Positions 1 through 9,081 of a DNA stretch of 64,000 bases are shown here, piece by piece. The stretch comes from Patescibacteria group bacterium (GTDB lineage Bacteria > Patescibacteriota > Minisyncoccia > Phycocordibacterales > UBA918). Made by a program: the position numbers and the translations under genes. Numbering within the stretch: the first letter of the stretch is position 1; each line of letters starts with the position of its first letter. The notes under the pieces are model-generated. The model searched no databases, was not told where the DNA came from, and saw nothing but the letters and a program-made list of their open reading frames with translations. The stretch is taken from positions 16,858 to 80,857 of the forward strand of contig JAZKFU010000002.1 of the NCBI GenBank assembly GCA_040386275.1, read 5' to 3'.

Positions 1-621
1 GCCTAACGCGTACTCTCGTTCGTGTGTTACCATCACAATCGTTTGGCCAATGTCTCGATTTAGTCCGGCTATTAAATCAATGACTTGCTGACTCGAATAA
101 CTATCGAGGTTCGCAGTAGGTTCGTCAGCAAACAGAATTTTTGGTTTTCCGGCTACCGCTCGAGCGACCGCGACCCGCTGTTGCTCACCACCTGAAAGTT
201 CACTCGGTAAATTTTTGTATTTAGTGGCTAGTCCCACGGCATCAATGGCTTCGTGCGCAATGGTGCGCGCTTGATTCCAAGACATGCCACGCATCACGAG
301 GGGAATCATGACATTTTCTTCCGCATTTAAATCCGGTACTAAGGCATAGTCCTGGAACACATAGCCCAGCGTTTTTAACCGAAATTGAGTCCGTTCGTTT
401 TCAGTTTTGGTATCGATGAGTTCACCGGCGATGGTGAGGGTGCCACTGGTTGGTTCGTCGAGCATTGATAATTGATACATCAAGGTGGATTTACCGGCGC
501 CTGATTTACCCATAATGGCCACAAATTCTCCTTGGGCGATAGTGACGTCAATCCCTTTTAAAATAGTGGTAAATAAATCACCTGTACCAAATGATTTGGT
601 TATGCCGTGAGCAGTTATCAT
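1..621 (-). CDS. ABC transporter ATP-binding protein (MacB/LolD-like), C-terminal part lies beyond the window start
   Basis: Minus-strand translation gives Walker A 'IAQGEFVAIMGKSGAGKSTL' (approx 481-540). ATG at 621 (alternative 637) sits just downstream of the permease stop, suggesting translational coupling. Confidence 0.85.
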   Translation of the reverse strand, partial: MITAHGITKSFGTGDLFTTILKGIDVTIAQGEFVAIMGKSGAGKSTLMYQLSMLDEPTSGTLTIAGELIDTKTENERTQFRLKTLGYVFQDYALVPDLNAEENVMIPLVMRGMSWNQARTIAHEAIDAVGLATKYKNLPSELSGGEQQRVAVARAVAGKPKILFADEPTANLDSYSSQQVIDLIAGLNRDIGQTIVMVTHEREYALG

Positions 622-639
622 GGGGGGTGTATTCATACG

Positions 640-1890
640 TTATTTGTTGCGACCTAAAATAGCGTTAAGGGTATTCCCGCGCGCAATCATCCAGGCAGGG
701 ATGTAGCCAGCAAGAAGAGTAATCCCAAAGAGAACAATAAAACGCAATAACGTGCCGACAGGTTCCGCTACGAGAATGCCGTCACTAAACGGAAAATCAA
801 TGGGGTAGCGATCAAAGTAGGGAATTAGTACTAGGTATGTAATGAGTACGCCAATCATTGATCCCACAAAAGCGTAAATTCCGGCCTGAATGACGTAGGC
901 AATTTCGATGGCTTTACGGTCAATACCAATCCCTTTAAGGATGCCAATAAACCGGCGTCGAGCGAGTGCATTAATAAAGATAATAATAAAGATAGTGATT
1001 GAGGCGACGATAATGCCAATTGAACCAATAAAGGTACCAAGGACATTAAAGGTATTTTTGATATCTTTCAAAAACTTCGGCACGCCTTCTTCGTAGGTTT
1101 GGATTTTTGCTATCTCACCTAAGCCACTTTGTACCATGGCTTCTTTTACCGTCCCGTTGCTTTTAGGGTTATCTAACCGCATCACAATTTGGTCAGCGTT
1201 GCGGTCAACTCGATTAAAGAGTCGTCTAAATTCTCGTTCGGGTATGTACGTATTAAATGTCACTTCATCAACTTTAGTTTGCAAAATCCCTTTGATGATA
1301 AATTCTTTTGATATGGTTCCAACGGTCAGTCGCACCGTGTCCCCAGGCTTTACTCCTTCAACCGTATCAAATAATCCTTGTAGTTGTTCCGCGTATTCTT
1401 CGATGTAGTAGGCGCCGACCAATATGTAGCCCTCTTCGTCTGGGTTAAGATACTCACCGGATAATAAGGCTTCGGATAATCCCGTCATCGCTTCTTCTTG
1501 CAGGGGATCAATACCGGTTACTTTTACATCGGCTTTATCGCGCTCGCCGGTTAAATCACGTCGCAGTTTGTAATTAGCTTCCATTTCTCCGGCGCCAGTA
1601 TAGCGTACAGAGTAATCTTTAACTTCAGGGTAAGCAGCAATTTCACGAACGATACGTTCTGTTTCGGCGATATGATCATCCCCATCTTTGGCGGTAATAA
1701 TGATGTCTCCGAGCGAGTCTTCTCGCACCGCTCGTTCAGCTCCCACAATTAATCCAACTAAAATACCTGAAACGGCAATGAGGTTTAGAAACGTGAGTGC
1801 CATCACAAACACAATCAAAATATTGGTCCAAATACTAGCCCGCTGTATTTGGCGAATACCTAAGAGAAGTCCAATGCGTAAGATAGGCAT
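640..1890 (-). CDS. ABC transporter permease, FtsX/MacB-like, with periplasmic core domain
   Basis: 416 aa ORF with N-terminal TM helix, large extracytoplasmic domain and C-terminal FtsX-like 3-TM bundle. Lies in an operon with the adaptor and ATPase. Confidence 0.8.
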   Translation of the reverse strand: MPILRIGLLLGIRQIQRASIWTNILIVFVMALTFLNLIAVSGILVGLIVGAERAVREDSLGDIIITAKDGDDHIAETERIVREIAAYPEVKDYSVRYTGAGEMEANYKLRRDLTGERDKADVKVTGIDPLQEEAMTGLSEALLSGEYLNPDEEGYILVGAYYIEEYAEQLQGLFDTVEGVKPGDTVRLTVGTISKEFIIKGILQTKVDEVTFNTYIPEREFRRLFNRVDRNADQIVMRLDNPKSNGTVKEAMVQSGLGEIAKIQTYEEGVPKFLKDIKNTFNVLGTFIGSIGIIVASITIFIIIFINALARRRFIGILKGIGIDRKAIEIAYVIQAGIYAFVGSMIGVLITYLVLIPYFDRYPIDFPFSDGILVAEPVGTLLRFIVLFGITLLAGYIPAWMIARGNTLNAILGRNK

Positions 1891-1898
1891 AGCGAGGG

Positions 1899-3407
1899 TT
1901 ATGGCGAAACAACCAGGGTGCCGACTGCAATACCAGAAATCCCAACCCAGCCATCATTGCCATCAGCAATTTTTGTCACGCTAGTAGTGGCAATTTGATT
2001 ATTAACGAGCGTTCGTACAAACGCACTATTATTTTCTTCGGTAATATATCGTTTAGGAATCCGGTTAACATCAGGAGTTGATTTAATAATGATATCAACA
2101 TCAGCATTAAGGCCACCACGCAGCCATTGGGGGATGGTATTAAGCGTGATAGTAATTTCAAAATATCCTACGCCATCAATTTGAATAGGGAGGGGAGAAA
2201 TATACGACACAACTCCCGTAAGTGGAGTGGTAATGTCGGCATCAAATAGAACGCGGGTGTTTTGTCCAATAGCTATAGTCGTAATATCAATTTCAGGAAT
2301 CCGGGCTTTCAGTTCAATGTCATTTGTTGCGAGAACGGTAAATAAAGGGACTGTACCGGCGGTTTCTCCCGCAACAATATCAACCGTGGTGACGGTGCCG
2401 GTAAACGGAGCCACAATAGCGCGGTCTCCGATTTGAGCATCAATTTGTGCAATCGTCGCACTCGCCTTATTAATCCGTGCGTTGGCCCGGGCCACTGCTT
2501 CACTACGGGGTGCGGCGTTGGTTGATGTTTGTTCTTGTTGGGCTAAAGTAAGGGCTTGTTTGGCGGCCGCGATAGTGGTGCGCGCGGTGTTCTCAGCCAC
2601 TGCAAGGGCATTTTTATTTGCTGTATAACTTTCTCCTGCGGTATTAGGAATGGCAATTTCCCAGACTGAATCACTGTATGAGGCTCCAGGGGTAAAGAGG
2701 GCGAATAAACCACATGTACCAAATGCTGCTGGTTGGTCTATTGATACCGGACCGGTACTGGTTTCTAGTCCAGACACGCGCATCGAATAAACAGATTCAG
2801 CACTTGAGCGGTATACGCTCAATATGTACGTTCCTTCCTTGGCACAGCGATAGGTACCAGAAATGGTGGGAGCGGGTGCCGATTCGGTAGCGTCATTACT
2901 TCGAGCAATCAGGGTTCCGGAACGAAGGGCTCGTTTTGCATTTTCTACCAACACTGCCTGAGTGGCTTCGGTACGTTCAAACTCTGCTGTCGCTATCGCT
3001 ACTTTAGTATTTGTGATGTCACGTTTAGTCGTAGTGTCTCCAGCGAGTAATTCCGCTCTATCTGCTTCAGCGACGGCGAGATCAGCCAGCGCGCTTGCTC
3101 TGGTTGCAACTAATTCTTCGGCACCTAAGGTGGCGAGAATGGTGCCGGATTCAACCACATCTCCTTCTTTGACGTACACTTTCGAAACTACTCCGGGTGT
3201 TGGGAAGGCAAGTTCTGCCGTATTGCGAGCTTTAGTAACGCCGGAAACAGAAACCAGACTTTCAACCGTACCGCGCTCAACTTGCGTGGTCACGAGACCT
3301 TGAAGCGGGTCTCGATTAATTTTTTCGATAACTACATAAGTCCCTATAACAATAGATAGAGCAATGAAGCTCGTAATTAGTTTGTGTCGTCGAATAAGTG
3401 TGAACAT
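1899..3407 (-). CDS. Efflux periplasmic adaptor subunit (HlyD/MacA family)
   Basis: 502 aa with N-terminal TM anchor, biotin-lipoyl-like segments and long Ala/Glu-rich coiled coil. First gene of the adaptor-permease-ATPase operon. Confidence 0.8.
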   Translation of the reverse strand: MFTLIRRHKLITSFIALSIVIGTYVVIEKINRDPLQGLVTTQVERGTVESLVSVSGVTKARNTAELAFPTPGVVSKVYVKEGDVVESGTILATLGAEELVATRASALADLAVAEADRAELLAGDTTTKRDITNTKVAIATAEFERTEATQAVLVENAKRALRSGTLIARSNDATESAPAPTISGTYRCAKEGTYILSVYRSSAESVYSMRVSGLETSTGPVSIDQPAAFGTCGLFALFTPGASYSDSVWEIAIPNTAGESYTANKNALAVAENTARTTIAAAKQALTLAQQEQTSTNAAPRSEAVARANARINKASATIAQIDAQIGDRAIVAPFTGTVTTVDIVAGETAGTVPLFTVLATNDIELKARIPEIDITTIAIGQNTRVLFDADITTPLTGVVSYISPLPIQIDGVGYFEITITLNTIPQWLRGGLNADVDIIIKSTPDVNRIPKRYITEENNSAFVRTLVNNQIATTSVTKIADGNDGWVGISGIAVGTLVVSP

Positions 3408-3477
3408 TTAGCATTAGTATAGCAGTGTGACTGTATACATAATGGCTTTAGATGGGGGTAGAATGATATTAAAATTT

Positions 3478-3553
3478 GTCCGTGTGCCTGGACTCGAACC
3501 AGGGACCACAGAGGTATAAGCTCTGCGCTCTAACCAACTGAGCTACACACGGA
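3478..3553 (-). tRNA. tRNA-Ile, anticodon UAU (reads AUA)
   Basis: Reverse complement folds as a cloverleaf. Acceptor TCCGTGT/ACACGGA, anticodon stem CAGAG/CTCTG, loop CTTATAC (U33, A37), T-arm CCTGG-TTCGAGT-CCAGG, no encoded CCA. Confidence 0.7.
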
Positions 3554-3664
3554 ATGGTTGGTGGGGAAACTATACCGCATTTACGGGTGGGGTACAACGA
3601 GTGGTAAAAGTAAGTTTCTGTGACATACTAGAAAGGGAATGTAACGTAACAGCGGGATATTATC

Positions 3665-3955
3665 ATGAAAGACCATCTTCTTTCTACGACTTCTGTCACC
3701 GCTATGCTGGAATCTTGGACGCAAAACAATGTTGCTTTTCCAGCCTTAAATGAGACGCCAACTGTTGAAGTGCGACTGCTGACCGCACTGGAAAAAGAGA
3801 TGGTGAAAACGAAATATAATAGAGAAACTTCGGTGCCGTGGTTTGGATTTTTTCTCAACGATACGTTAGTGGCCGGTGAAGTTTCTCTGAAAAAGCTTCT
3901 TGGTAGAATGAGGGAAGCAGGCTACAAGGTTCGTAACCTTGATGAACTGGTATAA
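3665..3955 (+). CDS. Hypothetical protein, 96 aa
   Basis: ORF followed by a strong GC hairpin. Confidence 0.4.
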   Translation: MKDHLLSTTSVTAMLESWTQNNVAFPALNETPTVEVRLLTALEKEMVKTKYNRETSVPWFGFFLNDTLVAGEVSLKKLLGRMREAGYKVRNLDELV

Positions 3956-3960
3956 AAAAC

Positions 3961-3994
3961 GGGCGGGGCAAATTTTTGCCCCGCCCGCTTCTTT
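3961..3994. terminator. Bidirectional intrinsic terminator hairpin
   Basis: GGGCGGGGCAAATTTTTGCCCCGCCC perfect stem-loop between convergent genes. Confidence 0.6.
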
Positions 3995-4003
3995 ATATAT
4001 AGA

Positions 4004-4636
4004 TTAGATTCGTACGACGATATCATTTAGTGGCTTACGTACTTTAGCCCAGTGTTGCGTGTCGTCAGATCTAGATCTGTAGCCGAGAGCTAAAATCACC
4101 GTCGCAGTAAGGTTGTGTTTTTCTAAATCTAAAATTTGATTAAATTCAGTTGGGTTAAATCCTTCCAAAGCGTGGTTATCAATCCGTAGTTCACTTGCCG
4201 CTGCCATGAGAGTACCAAGTACAATGTAGGCTTGTTTTTGTGCCCATATTAATCGTGCCTCAGGGGTGCGATTGGTGAGGTCGTTTACCATCATGGTTTT
4301 GTATCCATCAGTTGTGCCCTCTGGTAATCTGCGAGTTGCTTCAATGCGGGCGGTGTATTCACTAATATACGCTTCATCAATATCGGTTCGTGCAGCGAGA
4401 ACGATAAGGGCGCTGTTGTCGCCAACGTGCGTTTGGTTGTAGGCGGCGGGGATGAGGGCTTGTTTTTTCTCAGGGTCAGTGACGACTACCATCTGGAGGG
4501 GTTGTAATCCATAGGCAGTTGCTGAAAGATTGCCGGCTTCAAGAATAGTTTCCAAATCTTCTGGCGCAATCGTTTTGCTCGTATCAAACTTTTGAGTAGC
4601 GTACCTCCATTTCAAATTTTCAATTATTGTAGTCAT
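4004..4636 (-). CDS. NAD(P)H nitroreductase family protein
   Basis: Nitroreductase fold signature 'ENLKWRYATQKFD...TILEAG'. Preferred start is the internal Met (MTTIIENL) at 4636, since the ORF track's 42-aa N-terminal extension looks spurious. Confidence 0.8.
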   Translation of the reverse strand: MTTIIENLKWRYATQKFDTSKTIAPEDLETILEAGNLSATAYGLQPLQMVVVTDPEKKQALIPAAYNQTHVGDNSALIVLAARTDIDEAYISEYTARIEATRRLPEGTTDGYKTMMVNDLTNRTPEARLIWAQKQAYIVLGTLMAAASELRIDNHALEGFNPTEFNQILDLEKHNLTATVILALGYRSRSDDTQHWAKVRKPLNDIVVRI

Positions 4637-4727
4637 AGGGCAGTAGTATAAGTGGGAAGATGGTTTCTGTCGAACCTGATCAAAAATAATACAAAAAACG
4701 GCGGACCAGAGAGGTCCGCCGCGTTCA

Positions 4728-5135
4728 TCAGTCCGGTCGAAATAAATAACCACGTAACTCACCTTCTTCAGTGGTGCAATTTTTTATGGAAAAAACTAAC
4801 CAAACACCACGCCGGTTGTCCATTTCAGCATGAGTTACCTCAATACTCGTTAATTGTTCGTTGCACTTGAGCATGAGTACAGGGCAGTTCGATACAAATT
4901 CCAAATCGCATCTATCAAATAACTGCGACACCAGCACGGTGAAATAGCTGGCTTTTGGATACCTCCTATTTGTTCCGTCACACATTACGGTGACCTCAAA
5001 ATAGTAATCAATAGCCAGGTCTTCATTGTGTGAGTCGGCTATCAATGAGGTGTTATGTCGTTTGAGTGAGACACTAAAACCGTCGATGTTACTTTTTGGT
5101 ACAACCGCAGTCAGCTGTCTGGTCTGTAGCATCAC
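4728..5135 (-). CDS. Hypothetical protein, 135 aa
   Basis: ORF only, with no recognisable motif. Confidence 0.35.
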   Translation of the reverse strand: MMLQTRQLTAVVPKSNIDGFSVSLKRHNTSLIADSHNEDLAIDYYFEVTVMCDGTNRRYPKASYFTVLVSQLFDRCDLEFVSNCPVLMLKCNEQLTSIEVTHAEMDNRRGVWLVFSIKNCTTEEGELRGYLFRPD

Positions 5136-5286
5136 CTGTCCCTTTCATCGTTTTTCTAGAATGAACCAATTTCCATAACGATATATAAAATAAGCCAGCG
5201 CGTCAATAACACACAACAAGACTTGCCAATAATTTAATTTGGGTGTTTACTAATTTAGATGTACCGTCGCATCGGTTCTTTTCAAA

Positions 5287-5500
5287 ACAGGAGATCACCT
5301 CATGTCCCAATCTGACCACCAGGCTTCCCGTAATTTCGCGGTGAAGCTAAACTGAAAGGAGGTGATCCTTATCTCGGTTGTGCCACCTGTCTTTCATTGC
5401 CCGCAGAGGTATTGCGACACTGGCCACATGGCGTCTGTTAACGCCCACCTTTAAAAGCGACTCTTCCTCACTATGAAGAGTCGTTTTCTATTCCCCGGTA
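5287..5500 (+). promoter_or_regulatory. Candidate pyrB leader/attenuator, comprising a 17-aa uORF (5302-5355), an anti-SD/extended-SD inverted repeat and an intrinsic terminator (5456-5492)
   Basis: AGGAG N8 ATG uORF encoding MSQSDHQASRNFAVKLN, followed by extended SD AAGGAGGTGATCC with no ORF. GAGATCACCTC / GAGGTGATCC can pair. Hairpin CGACTCTTC-N8-GAAGAGTCG plus TTTTCTATT lies about 40 bp upstream of pyrB. Confidence 0.4.
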
Positions 5501-5577
5501 ATCGCCCCGAAGGAAAAATTGCGTGTTAGGGGATGGCGTGGTACTGTTTTCCTAATTGTGTGATGCACATACTATAT

Positions 5578-6573
5578 ATGTCAGAAGTTATTGAAAAGAC
5601 ACTCATTGATACTAGAGCTGGTCGAGATGTAACTTTTTTTGATTTATACTCAATTGACCAACTGACGCTGCCGGATATAAAACTAATTTTTGAAATCGCT
5701 CGTAGTTTTAGAGAGAGTAAAACTGCTAAACTGACACTCTGCAAAGGTAATACTCAAATCAATTGTTTTTTTGAACCATCTACTCGCACTCAGGCGAGCT
5801 TTGATTTATCTGCCAAACATCTCGGAATGGATACGACTAATGTGGGTGGATCTACCAGTTCAGCCAAAAAAGGAGAAAGCTACATTGATACCGTCGAAAC
5901 CCTCGATGCCTACAACGTACGTTTGATGGTGATACGCTCATCCGAAGCCGGGGTAGCGCACATGGTAGCGAGTACCGTGCGAGCGAGTGTGCTTAATGCA
6001 GGTGATGGATATCATGAGCACCCGACCCAAGGGTTGCTTGATGCTCTTACCATTCTCGATGAACTTAAAACAGATTCTCTAGAAGGTAAGGTGGTGGTGA
6101 TTGTCGGTGATATTTTGCACTCACGGGTATTTGGTTCGTTAGTACGAATACTAAAAAAACTAGGCGCAACGATACGGGTAGCGGCTCCCCAAACTTTTTT
6201 ACCAGCCGAAGTAGAGAAATTTGGCCTTACTACCTACTACAATGTGGAAGAAGCACTTATTGGTGCAGACGTGGTGTATGCCTTGCGGGTACAAGAAGAG
6301 CGGGGAGCTACCGGATTTATTCCTACCTTGCGCGAGTACTCTAAAACATTTGGTATCTCGGAAAAACGTTTGAACCTTGCCAAGCCCGGCGCAATTTTAA
6401 TGCACCCAGGACCTGTGATTCGTGATATTGATATTCACTCAGCCTTGGTGTCGCGTCATCCCAAGTCGCGCATATTGAGACAAGTGGAAAATGGCATGGC
6501 CGTTCGAAAAGCATTAATTTGGCTGTTGGTAGAACGATATGATAAAAAAGTAAAACCGCACGCGTATCTATAA
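5578..6573 (+). CDS. pyrB: Aspartate carbamoyltransferase catalytic subunit
   Basis: STRTQ motif (EPSTRTQASF), HPTQ motif, carbamoyltransferase fold. Start chosen at MSEVIEKTL; the ORF is open from 5533. Confidence 0.85.
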   Translation: MSEVIEKTLIDTRAGRDVTFFDLYSIDQLTLPDIKLIFEIARSFRESKTAKLTLCKGNTQINCFFEPSTRTQASFDLSAKHLGMDTTNVGGSTSSAKKGESYIDTVETLDAYNVRLMVIRSSEAGVAHMVASTVRASVLNAGDGYHEHPTQGLLDALTILDELKTDSLEGKVVVIVGDILHSRVFGSLVRILKKLGATIRVAAPQTFLPAEVEKFGLTTYYNVEEALIGADVVYALRVQEERGATGFIPTLREYSKTFGISEKRLNLAKPGAILMHPGPVIRDIDIHSALVSRHPKSRILRQVENGMAVRKALIWLLVERYDKKVKPHAYL

Positions 6574-6574
6574 T

Positions 6575-7870
6575 ATGGGAACAATTTTAATCAAAAATGG
6601 TCGACTGGTTGATCCAAAGAATAATCGTGACGAAGTTACGAACCTACTGATTAGTGATGGTAAGGTAGCGGAAATTGGCTGCACTGACACAACTGAGGCC
6701 GATACAGTACTTGATGCAACAGGGCTTATTGTTGCTCCTGGATTGATTGATTTGCAAGTGCATTTTAGAGAGCCGGGGCGTGAGGATAAAGAAACTATCG
6801 AAACCGGTTCACGCGCCGCCGTAAAGGGAGGCGTAACTACAGCTGTGGCTATGCCTAATTCCAATCCCAAAGCTGATAATCAGTCGGTGATTGAGTTTGT
6901 AATTAAGCGTGCGCGTAAAGTAGGACTGATTAATATTTACCCAACGGGAGCTATCACTAAAGGACAGGCTGGTGATGTGTTAGCGGAAATGCGGGAACTT
7001 AAAAATTCAGGAGCGGTCGCTGTTACTGATGATGGCGTGGATGTGCAAGACGCGTTGTTACTTCGTCGCGCAATGGAGTATGCAAAAACGCATGACCTGT
7101 TACTGATGAGTCACTGCGAGACTGATAGTCTCACCGACGGGGGTGTGATGCATGAAGGGTGGGTCTCAACACAACTGGGACTGCCAGGAACTCCGGCCGT
7201 GAGTGAAGATTTAGCGGTTGAAAAAAATCTCATGCTCGCCAAACTCACCGGTGCACGACTACATATTTTACATAATTCAACCAAGGGAGCCGTAACGAGT
7301 ATTAAAGCGGCCAAAGCCCAAGGGTTCACAAATATTACCGCAGAAGTTTCGGTGCAGCATTTTGCGCTCACAGACGAGGCGTGTTTGGGGTACAACACCG
7401 ATGCCAAGATGTATCCACCACTTCGTTCTCGGGAACATGTTGACGCTATTATTGCTGCCATTAAAGACGGTACGATTGATGCCCTCACGACTGACCACGC
7501 TCCCCATATTGAACCAGAAAAGCTCCTGCCGTTTATTGATGCCGCGATGGGAAGTACTGGATTAGAAACGAGTTTTGCGGTGATGTATACCTACCTGGTA
7601 CAGCCGGGTCACATTTCGCTTGCTGACGGATTGGCATTAATGACTCATAAACCAGCGTCTATTATCCGTGTTAAAAAAGGTTCGCTCGAAGTGGGAGCTG
7701 ATGCAGATATTGCACTATTTGATTTAAAAGAAGAGTGGGTGGTAGATCCCAAGCGCATGGAATCAAAGGGGAAAAATTGTGTGTTCAAAAATCTTACGCT
7801 TACCGGTAAGGCCAAACACGTCATCGTTGGAGGGGAGTTAAAAATGCAAAACGGTGCAATATTGCAATAA
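6575..7870 (+). CDS. pyrC: Dihydroorotase
   Basis: 431 aa with 'DLQVHFREPG' and 'DHAPH' metal-binding motifs. Immediately follows pyrB. Confidence 0.85.
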   Translation: MGTILIKNGRLVDPKNNRDEVTNLLISDGKVAEIGCTDTTEADTVLDATGLIVAPGLIDLQVHFREPGREDKETIETGSRAAVKGGVTTAVAMPNSNPKADNQSVIEFVIKRARKVGLINIYPTGAITKGQAGDVLAEMRELKNSGAVAVTDDGVDVQDALLLRRAMEYAKTHDLLLMSHCETDSLTDGGVMHEGWVSTQLGLPGTPAVSEDLAVEKNLMLAKLTGARLHILHNSTKGAVTSIKAAKAQGFTNITAEVSVQHFALTDEACLGYNTDAKMYPPLRSREHVDAIIAAIKDGTIDALTTDHAPHIEPEKLLPFIDAAMGSTGLETSFAVMYTYLVQPGHISLADGLALMTHKPASIIRVKKGSLEVGADADIALFDLKEEWVVDPKRMESKGKNCVFKNLTLTGKAKHVIVGGELKMQNGAILQ

Positions 7871-7910
7871 ATACACATTAGTTCTATAGTGACCAAGAAT
7901 CGTTCCCCCA

Positions 7911-8273
7911 ATGTTCCTCGAAGGAGTGCTAGAAATGCCCAGTCCCCGATTGGTTACCCTTGTCATCACGACCTCGCACAAAGCGCGTGGTCCTGACGTG
8001 CAAGAACTGTGTGCCTTGCCCTTGCAACAACAGTTTGCCTTGGATGCCCCTCACCAGGTAGTGGTGCACCATGCTTTCTCGTTTGCTGATGTTCCTGAAT
8101 CGCCGACTGTGGCAACACTCGTGTTTCGGTACAGTACCGGCTTCGCGAACGTCACTGCGTACGAGACCTTGAGCGACACTGAGGGTAAGATTATTCAGTT
8201 GGTCAAAGTGGCTTTTGAAGTCGACGAGGTGTACTTCGCGACTGAAGTTGTAGATTTCAAGCGAGCAGGATAA
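7911..8273 (+). CDS. Hypothetical protein, 120 aa, in a GC-rich patch
   Basis: ORF with visibly higher G+C than flanking genes. No motif recognised. Confidence 0.4.
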   Translation: MFLEGVLEMPSPRLVTLVITTSHKARGPDVQELCALPLQQQFALDAPHQVVVHHAFSFADVPESPTVATLVFRYSTGFANVTAYETLSDTEGKIIQLVKVAFEVDEVYFATEVVDFKRAG

Positions 8274-8288
8274 TTCCCATACAAGAAA

Positions 8289-8321
8289 AGGGCGCCCCAC
8301 GAATGGGACGCCCTCTTTTTT
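8289..8321. terminator. Bidirectional intrinsic terminator
   Basis: AGGGCG-N14-CGCCCT hairpin followed by a T-run, between convergent genes. Confidence 0.5.
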
Positions 8322-9036
8322 AGACTATCTTCGCGACTGACACAATAAGCGCAATCAGGAACGCCAGACGTATGAGCCAGTTTTGTTTCTGTGGTGGCCA
8401 CCGTCCAGTATGTTTGATAATCAGCCCCCCAATTAGTCCTCCCACCATGCCCCCCGCAGCCCACGTGAGCGCAAGTGGCCAATCAATAAGATTGAAGTGC
8501 CAAAACGTAAGCACCGCTACGGTGCTTAATAGGAGTTCGAGCAGCAGTGCGTTTGCTCTCGCGTCGACTAGAGACGTGTCACGCAACTGCAGGAGTGACA
8601 GTATGAGTAGCATGATACCCGCTCCAAAGATGCCGCCGTAGAAACCAACTAAAAACGTCACTAGCCAAAACAGATACGGAGGCAGTTTGAGTCGGTGTCC
8701 ATACTCATGAATCGCTAGTCCAATGATGAGAACCAGAGGTACGATTTCATGAGAGACAGACACAACGAGCCAGGAGCCGACGATACTCCCAACACACAGA
8801 ACTGGTGCCAGCCAAAGTATTTGGCGGTCAATCTTACGATACAGCGGCAGAAGCGCAGTGGCGTTGCGAAAGATACTGCCGAACTTAATATTGCCAACGA
8901 TGGCTCCGAGCGACATCTCGGGAAACAGAATTTGAAAGAGCGGGAGAGAAAGAAATAACGTCCCACCCATCACGACAGCAAAAACGCCGATTAGAATGGC
9001 GCTTATGAAGATAATGCCGAACATGAGTATGTCCAT
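8320..9036 (-). CDS. TauE/SafE family sulfite exporter (DUF81) membrane protein
   Basis: 238 aa with 7-8 TM helices, internal duplication and Gly-rich 'GGIFGAGIM' / 'GGMVGGLIGG' motifs typical of TauE/SafE. Confidence 0.7.
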   Translation of the reverse strand: MDILMFGIIFISAILIGVFAVVMGGTLFLSLPLFQILFPEMSLGAIVGNIKFGSIFRNATALLPLYRKIDRQILWLAPVLCVGSIVGSWLVVSVSHEIVPLVLIIGLAIHEYGHRLKLPPYLFWLVTFLVGFYGGIFGAGIMLLILSLLQLRDTSLVDARANALLLELLLSTVAVLTFWHFNLIDWPLALTWAAGGMVGGLIGGLIIKHTGRWPPQKQNWLIRLAFLIALIVSVAKIV

Positions 9037-9081
9037 GGTTTCCTCCTCAAGACTGCGCCGAGTCTAGCACGTCTAAAACAA

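Noticed and set aside
4637-4762. 42-codon N-terminal extension of the nitroreductase ORF
   Set aside because: Nitroreductase homology starts at the internal Met (MTTIIENLKWRY). The extension has no start context and runs into the convergent gene.
5356-5372. AAGGAGGTGATCC, perfect complement of the 16S rRNA 3' end; considered as a fragment of an rRNA gene
   Set aside because: Only the terminal 13-15 nt match. Flanking sequence has no similarity to 16S helix 45 or the ITS, so it is interpreted as an extended SD or regulatory element rather than rRNA.
7111-7565. Three overlapping small ORFs inside pyrC
   Set aside because: They lie entirely within the well-supported dihydroorotase coding sequence in other frames.
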